From positions 42,966,001 through 43,030,000 of the forward strand of contig NC_043007.1 in assembly GCF_006345805.1 (NCBI RefSeq): a stretch of 64,000 nucleotides of DNA, given 5' to 3'. The notes beneath the pieces are model-generated. The model was not told the origin of the DNA and searched no databases. It saw only the letters and a program-made list of their open reading frames with translations. Source of the DNA: Octopus sinensis (taxonomy: Eukaryota). Below are positions 56,801-64,000 of this stretch, piece by piece. Positions within the stretch are counted from its first letter, which is position 1; each line of letters begins with the position of its first letter. The translations under genes and the position numbers were made by a program.

Positions 56801-57582
56801 TAAAAGTAAATAAAAAAGCAACAAAAATGTAACCTTATGTACTCTTTCTCTCCGGCCATACTGAAAGTCAAGTTACATTCACACATATACATTTGTAAAA
56901 ACTACAGATAAAATAACATACATTCATGCAGACATCCCCATCGTTGTTACCACACTTTCACACATACATACACACATGAATAAGTATACAGTACACAGCT
57001 TCTACTGAGACACACTCACAAATAAATTCAAGCATAGAAGTACATATATACACAAACTTATATGCACAAAGCCTTACTTACATCATATTATATTAACAAG
57101 CACACCAAGAAGCAAAATACAAGCTTTCACACAAGCAGACAAACATACATTGAAGCATACAGATTTTGTATCATTTTTCTATAATGAATATTCCAGTTGC
57201 TTAATCAATGGAACTACCTATTCATTGTATTTAGTAGCAGAAAATTCCACAGACAGTTGCACCCTTAACATAATTCATGGGTAGACACAGTGTGACAGGT
57301 ACAGTCCATCTGACAGTCTCCCACTCAGTTTTTGTCTACCTAATTTCACTCCCAAGGGTTGAGTTGGTGCAAATGCATTCATGATTGCAAAGCAAGCTTG
57401 GTATCAGTTCAACCATGTCATCACTCCACCCATACATATATCTCCACTCTCATACATTCAGCTTTCTTTTCCTCTTCTTTCCCAACATACACAACATCTC
57501 AAACACACTGTGAAATGAAAACTAAATGAGAAAGAGACACTGATAGCTCGCTCGTGGATTGGTACCAGTAATTGGGACGTAC

Positions 57583-57874
57583 CATCGGGGTGGTGGTTGT
57601 CATGTAATGGTAGTGATGGTGGTGGTGGTGGTGGTAAGTGATAGGAATCATACGGAGGAATGCCAGTGTTGGGTGGATGCATGGACATAGAAGGAGCATG
57701 GCCTGACGTAGTGGAAGAGTTTGTGCTGCGCATGTAATCATCTCCCTTGTACAGGCCACCACTACTGGTCTTACTTGTTGAACGAGATGTGGTTGAGGTC
57801 GTTGAGATACCGATGTTCATTCGATTCAGACCGCCATCCATCGAAGAATCGTTGCGATAGGCAAGTGCTGATCT
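57583..57874 (-). CDS. CELSR: CELSR cytoplasmic-tail exon (RSALAYRNDSSMDGGLNRMNIG...YHLPPPPPPSLPLHDNHHPD)
   Basis: atacag acceptor in phase 0. The RS..Y.N start follows the CELSR juxtamembrane pattern. The GTACGT donor at 57582 gives phase 1, matching the next exon. A donor about 40 nt further on cannot be excluded. Confidence 0.8.
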
Positions 57875-58177
57875 CTGTATGAATAGAAAGAAAAAGAGTA
57901 TGAACAAAAGAATATGATACATCATTATCATCATTTTAACATCTACTTTTCCATGCCTGCACAGGCCAAACAGAATTTATTGAAGTAGATTTTCTACAGC
58001 TGAATGCCTTTCCTGCTGCTAACCTTTTCTGTTTCCAAGCAAGGTAATATTTCCCTTTGGCTGGACATTTTTATGCAGAATATTGGAAATGAATGACACT
58101 GCTTGTATGAGAGTGATGCTCATTACAGCTACCATGTGATGACAACACAATGAAATACAAACATACACACATTCATA

Positions 58178-58243
<66 letters not shown>

Positions 58244-58919
58244 CATACATACATACATACATACATACATACAGACATGAGTATGTGAGTATGTGTGTGT
58301 TTGAATGCATGCTTGTGAAAACATTTATGCACAAAAATACACACATGAAGTTCACTATTATCACATGAAAGAGAAGTTAATCCCTTGTTAATTGCAAGGA
58401 AGAATTTTCTCCTATCATTTGTAGCTAACAGGAAGAGATTCAAGTTAGGTGAAATATTTTATAATTCATCCATTTCCGCAATTAAAAGAGTCAGAAGATT
58501 TTCTAATGGTGTGTATGCCTCCATACAATTGAGACACATGCTGCTTTTCACATAGGCTGAGCTGACTTATGTAATGATTATAGTAATAACTGATGAGCTC
58601 TGGGTGACAGGCCAACACCTAATCACTTGTCACCTAACAATCCATTGTATTCCTTGCAAAAAAACAAACAAAAAAACTGATTTGTAAGTTCAGCCGTGGT
58701 GAATATATATATTTCGGATAATATAACTACTCTACTGACAGATATACAAGTGCATCTTTTCTATGATTTATGGTCTCTTAAACGACTTATATATATATAT
58801 ATATATAAAAATTTAAATTTAAATTTAAAATGAGGGTGAGAAATTAGATATTAATTTAATTAACATCAATTTAACACTAGTGGTCTAGCATATTAAAATT
58901 CTGAAGGTTCAGTAAATTG

Positions 58920-58954
<35 letters not shown>

Positions 58955-59029
58955 GGCATACATCCCACCTATGCCAGCAGGGAAGGCAGACGTTAAACGA
59001 TGATGATGATGATGAATAAGGCTTATAAT

Positions 59030-59770
59030 AATAATAATAACAATGAAATTATTGTATAGTGCTCAGGTGCACCACAACTTGTCAAAAGTGCATATAAAGC
59101 ATATGCAGTAATGTACAAATGTCTGGAAAGCGAACAGTGTATGAGTCAGATACATGCTTGCGTGTGTATGGAGGGGAGAAAATCCGGTGTAGCGTTGGTG
59201 AATCTCAGGAAGCATGGAAGTTTTGAAGGATGCAGTGCTCCAACAACTAACAACTGATGCTTGCAGTTTGTTCCATACTTCAGCAGCTCTTAGCGTGAAA
59301 AAATGTTCCTGAATGTCATTGGAGCTGTGCTATTCTCTGACTTTGTAAACATGTCCACGGGTGTTAGACAGGAGGAGTTTGGAAGGGTGCTCAGAGTTAT
59401 TGTTTGTAAGATGGTTAATAATTTTATGGGTGTCTGCCAAGTCAGCTGCCAGACGTTAGAGTTTCAATGTATCCATGTCCAGGGAAGTAAGGTGTTCAGA
59501 ATATGGCAAATGTCTGATGGAGGGTATTCTCTTGCTGAACTGTTTCCAGACGATTAATATCCTGGGCAAGATAGGGGTTCCAAACCGGTGATGCAAATTC
59601 CAGGTGAGGCCACACCATAGCTATATAAAGCCTCAGATAAATAGCCGAAGAGTGGCTCACAAAGGACTTGGTAAGTGATGCCAAGACACCCTAAGCCTTC
59701 TTGGCAATTTTAGCAATGTGTTTTGTCCAATGCAAATCGCTGTCGACAATAACGCCCAGGTTACAGTTAG
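59030..59770 (-). mobile_element. CR1-type LINE 3' fragment (RT C-terminus, 3' UTR and (ATT)n tail)
   Basis: LYIAMVWPHLEFASPVWNPYLAQDINRLETVQ matches the CR1 motif LYxxxVRPHLEYxxxVWxP...xIxxLExVQR. Confidence 0.88.
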
Positions 59771-60030
59771 TTTTCATTCTACCAAATCCATTCACAAACC
59801 TTTGGTCAGCCTGAGGCTTTAGTAAAAGATTCTACCACAAGGTAGTATGCAATGGAACTGAACTTGAAACCATGTGGTTAGCAAGTAAACTTCTTAAACA
59901 TACAGCTATGCCAGGACCGATATGCAGCCATTCCTGCACCTATACACAGCCATGCCAATGCTTATATAAATGTTCATTCATTTTTTGCTTTTATTTCTCT
60001 TGTATGAATGATAAAAGGAGTGATATTTAC

Positions 60031-60126
60031 CGATAGCATAGTACTTCGAGTACCACCGAGTGCTTCATCCAATTCCAGCTTTTTACCTTTGAATTTATAC
60101 CAAACTCGTTTGATTTCAAACCGTAC
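60031..60126 (-). CDS. CELSR: CELSR exon: helix 8/juxtamembrane (VRFEIKRVWYKFKGKKLELDEALGGTRSTMLS)
   Basis: Poly-T...atag acceptor, GTAAAT donor, 96 nt, phase 0/0. Resembles CELSR1 VRKHLK...GRKLHLEDSATTRATLLT. Confidence 0.9.
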
Positions 60127-60349
60127 CTATAAAAAAAAATGGAGAACAAAGAAATAAGAAATAACGAAAACAAATAAATGAATGAAATAAAATAAGAATA
60201 AGAAAAGTAAAGAATGCTTTTTAAGAAAGCAAAGAAAATGAAAAGCAAGCAAATGACAGCTATTGTCGTTAGCAGAAATGTAAAGAACCATATACAGGAC
60301 AAGATTGAAACATTGTTAGTGGTGAAGATAGAAAGGTGTTTATTAATTG

Positions 60350-60690
60350 AAGGTGCATAGCTCAGTAGTTAGAGTGTCAGGCTTACAATTGTGAGGTTGT
60401 AAGTTTGACTCCTGGACTGGGCTGTGTGTTGTGTTCTTGAGCAAGACACTTTATTTCATGTTGCTTAGTTCACTCAGCTGTAGTAATGTGTTGCAATGTC
60501 ACTGGTGCCAAGCTGTATTGGCCTTTGCATTTCCCTTGGAAAACATCAGTGGTATGGAGAGGGGAAACAGGTATGCATAGGTGACTGCTGGTCTTCCACA
60601 AACAACCTTTCCCAGACTTGTGCTTTGGAGAATTTCTATGGGCAATCCCATGGTTATTCGTGACTGAAGAGGGTGTTTACCCTTAACCCT
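60350..60690 (+). mobile_element. tRNA-derived SINE, family B, near full length
   Basis: Head gcatagctcagtagttagagtg; B-box-like gtttgactcc; core gtgttcttgagcaagacactttatttca. Confidence 0.72.
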
Positions 60691-61255
60691 TAATTGTTCA
60701 CTTTTCCAAGTTTGCATGAATCACATGGAATTCATCAAAGCAGATTTTCAATCGCTAGATATCCTTCCTGTTACCAACCCTTGTCTGTTTCCAAGTAAGG
60801 TAATATTCCCTATGGTTGGACATATTTCTATAGAAGATTTGTAACTAACAACATCACTTGTATGATGGCTATACCCACCTACAACTGTCATGTGATCTCA
60901 AAACAAAAACACACACACGATAGGCTTTTTTCAGTTACCAAATCCACTCATAATGCTTTGGCTGGCCCAGAGCAACCATGTGGTTGGGAGACAAACATTT
61001 TTAACAAAACAGCCATGTTTGCAGCTTCATTATGTAATGTGTCCTTCCTTTCATTTTGAGGAGGATGGTGGGGAAGCTTGGTTGCAATTCCTAGCAAACC
61101 AAATTACCATAAAGTGGTTTCCTTACAGTGGTGTCAATACACAGTTATGTACGATGGCAATGGTATATAGATGCATATTGTGATAGCCTGAAAGAATGTT
61201 TGAGAGTTGTATAATATGTACAAATGCTGAATATATTTTTTATACATCAACTTAC

Positions 61256-61424
61256 TGGTCGACTACATACAACGTAGAAGACAAAGATGAAAACTCCCAT
61301 AAAACAGCTCATAATTGCAAACAGGTAGTGGAAAGCAGCATAGTTCTGATTAACGGAGAGGAGTGCAAACACCCAGTTAGCACCACACATTGGTAACAGC
61401 AAGGAGGCAACCAGTAGACTCTCT
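61256..61424 (-). CDS. CELSR: CELSR exon: TM6-TM7 (ESLLVASLLLPMCGANWVFALLSVNQNYAAFHYLFAIMSCFMGVFIFVFYVVCSRP)
   Basis: tttgtag acceptor, GTAAGT donor, 169 nt. Two hydrophobic helices with the LLSVN...FHYLFA motif typical of CELSR. Confidence 0.92.
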
Positions 61425-62343
61425 CTACAAATAAAATTGAAGAAAATTTTTTTTTAATTAAGAGAAAATATGTGTGTGAATAAAGACTAAGTGATGTAAA
61501 TAAATTGTCATATAAAAATAAGATAAATAAAAAGAGACTGGAAATAATTACACCTACATCAGTAATGAAAATGACAGAATTGGAAAGGCTTGGCTGATAC
61601 TGTAGCAAGATTAATCAGATGGAGAAGAGGCATTCTACTTTATGTCAGCAGTGATCAGAATGCTATTTAGAACACTGAATAGCTTTATATGATAATAACT
61701 GTTAATATGTTAGCTGTTATTATCACTGAATAGCTTAAGGCAGCAAGTTGGCAGAATCATTAGCACATTGAACAAAATGCTTAGTGGCATTTCTTCCAAG
61801 ACTTTACATTCTGAGTTCAGATTCAGCCAAGGTTAGTTTTTGCCTTTCATCCTCTTGGGGTCAATAAAGTAAGTACCAGTTAAGCACTTGGTTCATTGTA
61901 ATTGAATTAACCCTCCCCTCAAAATTGCTGGCCTTGAGCCAAAATTACAAAGAATTATCAATGAATCACATTCTGTTTATACTACAAATTTATAATAACC
62001 AATAAGCAATGACAGTTCTATTGGAGGTTTTCAGTTGCTTCTACTCTCCTAGTGCTATGAAACGAGCAGAAGAAATTTCTTGCAACACCAGACAGTCATG
62101 GAAGAGAGCCAACATTGAAATTTTCCTTTCTTCAGGATGGATTCAAACAACACTACTCCTTTATTTTGACAAATTATCATTTAATGAGGAATGAGAGAAA
62201 ACAGCAAAAAGTTTAAAAAAAGAAAACTGTCAGATTTCTCTGATGAAGAAGAGCATCAATCAAAATATGAAGAAAAGAAGATTCAGACTTTCACCACAAC
62301 AATATAAAAAATATATAGATTTAAAAAAGATGATAAAGCTTAC

Positions 62344-62429
62344 TTTAACATCCCTAGATCTTCATGAGACACATGAACTTTTTCTCGACAGCTAGCTTGC
62401 CACCCTAATATACAGGTAAGTACTGAAAT
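62344..62429 (-). CDS. CELSR: CELSR exon: end of TM5 and ICL3 (ISVLTCILGWQASCREKVHVSHEDLGML)
   Basis: ttctttctcag acceptor, GTAAGC donor, 86 nt, phase 0 in and phase 2 out, which fits both neighbouring exons. Confidence 0.85.
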
Positions 62430-63697
62430 CTGAGAAAGAATAGTAGCAGATAATTAATAGGTATAAATAATTATGAACAGCATCACACACACATTTTAGG
62501 ATTACATTTTAAGGTAGCATATTAAAAGACAATGGGAAAAATACTGAGTTTTCTCAATCTAAGTTCAGTATATAATTAAAAGCATAATGTTTAAAATTTA
62601 ATGTTGTTCTGATTTTAATATTTTAATTTAGAAATTTTGAAATTTGGATGTTAAATTGACAGTGATTAATTAAGAGCACAACCTTAATTGAATTCCAATT
62701 GCCAATTTAGGATAATTTACATATAAAAATAACACATATAATACATATAGTTGTTATCATGTGAATGGTCGATTATTTATGGAGAGAAAGTTATCAGAAC
62801 TAATAAAATCCTCCCCACTAATACATGAAACATTCTAATGACTCAGGTTTTGCTGAGAAACTACCTTGAGGTTTTTTTTTTTTCAATTGTATTGATCTCT
62901 TATTTGTTTTAATAAATCTCCATACATCGATGATATTGACAGAGGTGTTTATGAATGACAGAAATATTTATCTGTTTATTCAATCAACTACACTGCCTGC
63001 TTCTCCATACAAAAAAAAAAAAACGAAAACAAAAACAAAAAAAACCCCCAGAAGACATGAGTGTTTCTGAAGCGTATGTAAGGCATACAGAAGGGAGATA
63101 ACTTGTTTATCACAAAGCAGTGACTAAAACTTAATTTCTTTTGAAAATATAACGCCTGTTTTTTTTTTGTTTTTTTTCATAGTGTCTGAAAATAATGAGA
63201 AAGAATGGTACACACTGAAGTGGCTTTGAAATTAGATCCTTGATGCTGCAGGGCTTTTATTCCTGTCAGCACTTTGAAGTTTAAAATCGAAAGTCAATCC
63301 ATGCAATCCAATTCCACAGTGGCTCAGCAAGTGAAGATGGCTGTACTGATAGTAATAGGCTTTATATTTGAGTAGCCTTCTCCTCAGTGACTGCTTCACA
63401 AAGACAGAGAGCTCTACCTACCCTGAAGTTGTCAGAAATGTGTAAAAGAGGACAACAGACTGCCCGAGAGGCTCCACACTTTAATTTGCTGTTAAGGTTG
63501 ATTTCTCTAGCCTTTTCCTTTACTCACAAATAAAGGCTTGTGCTTGGAGTTTCTTCCATTACATGTTAATTAACCCATAACTGAGACTCTAACAGGTGTT
63601 ACTACTCTTGGTAGAGTAGACAGATGAAAACACAGTGGCTATGGATATATGTGCAATATTAACTGACAATAAAAGTAAAACAAAAAGAAAAACTTAC

Positions 63698-63764
63698 TAT
63701 CCATACTACAACAATAGGTCCAGCAAAGCTCCATATGAACATATTTTTGGTTGATAACCAGCAA
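63698..63764 (-). CDS. CELSR: Flamingo/CELSR adhesion GPCR exon: ECL2-TM5 (CWLSTKNMFIWSFAGPIVVVWI)
   Basis: tttcag acceptor, GTAAGT donor, 67 nt. Resembles the CELSR1 segment CWLSLQDTLIWSFAGP as I recall it. Confidence 0.92.
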
Positions 63765-64000
63765 CTGAAAGTAAAGTGCTCATATACATTAATTATGAAT
63801 TTGAATTGGGAACTTGAGTTGGATGAAATATTGGTTTCAAATTTTGGCAAAAAGCCACCAAGTTAAGGGAAGGGGCTATGTCAATTACATCAAGCCCAGT
63901 ATTCAAGAGAATCCATGAAAGTGGTGAAAAAAAGAGAGAAAAAAAACAGCAACCATGTTGAGAAATACTTACAATTCAGCTGTTCCATATTGGTCTGTGT

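Noticed and set aside
63660-63697. Read-through or a 33-nt micro-intron after the 67-nt exon
   Set aside because: The nearby AG is too close for a normal intron and leads to a stop, whereas the exon at 62429 continues the CELSR alignment in the correct phase.

Overview
AT-rich metazoan genomic DNA, most likely from an octopus or other coleoid cephalopod (inferred from the very long (TA)n tracts, the (AAT)n- and (GAT)n-tailed SINE families and the intron sizes; not verified). Two genes lie on the minus strand. (1) The 3' part of a Flamingo/CELSR adhesion GPCR: 10 exons reconstructed by hand from 63764 down to a stop at 10527, with compatible splice phases at every junction. They encode the end of the 7TM region, a Ser/Pro-rich tail with the CELSR SE/D-type acidic motif, and a terminal class I PDZ ligand (STTV*). 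(2) The first coding exon of the tRNA m1A58 methyltransferase TRMT61A (781-457), which continues off the left edge. The rest is intron or intergenic DNA filled with SINEs, CR1, RTE and CRE-type LINE fragments, mariner fragments, hAT and piggyBac-type MITEs, and microsatellites. The most striking non-genic feature is at 42.0-42.6 kb: a head-to-head palindromic dimer of a tRNA-headed short element. Each arm carries a Penelope-type minimal hammerhead ribozyme motif, the dimer is flanked by a 12-bp direct repeat, and it sits about 460 bp downstream of a CELSR exon. Other notable points are a CELSR splice donor that doubles as a stop codon (PDZ+/PDZ- switch), a CRISPR-like palindromic minisatellite in an RTE 3' end, and a six-copy tandem SINE array. 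No database searches were run, so all family assignments come from motif recognition.
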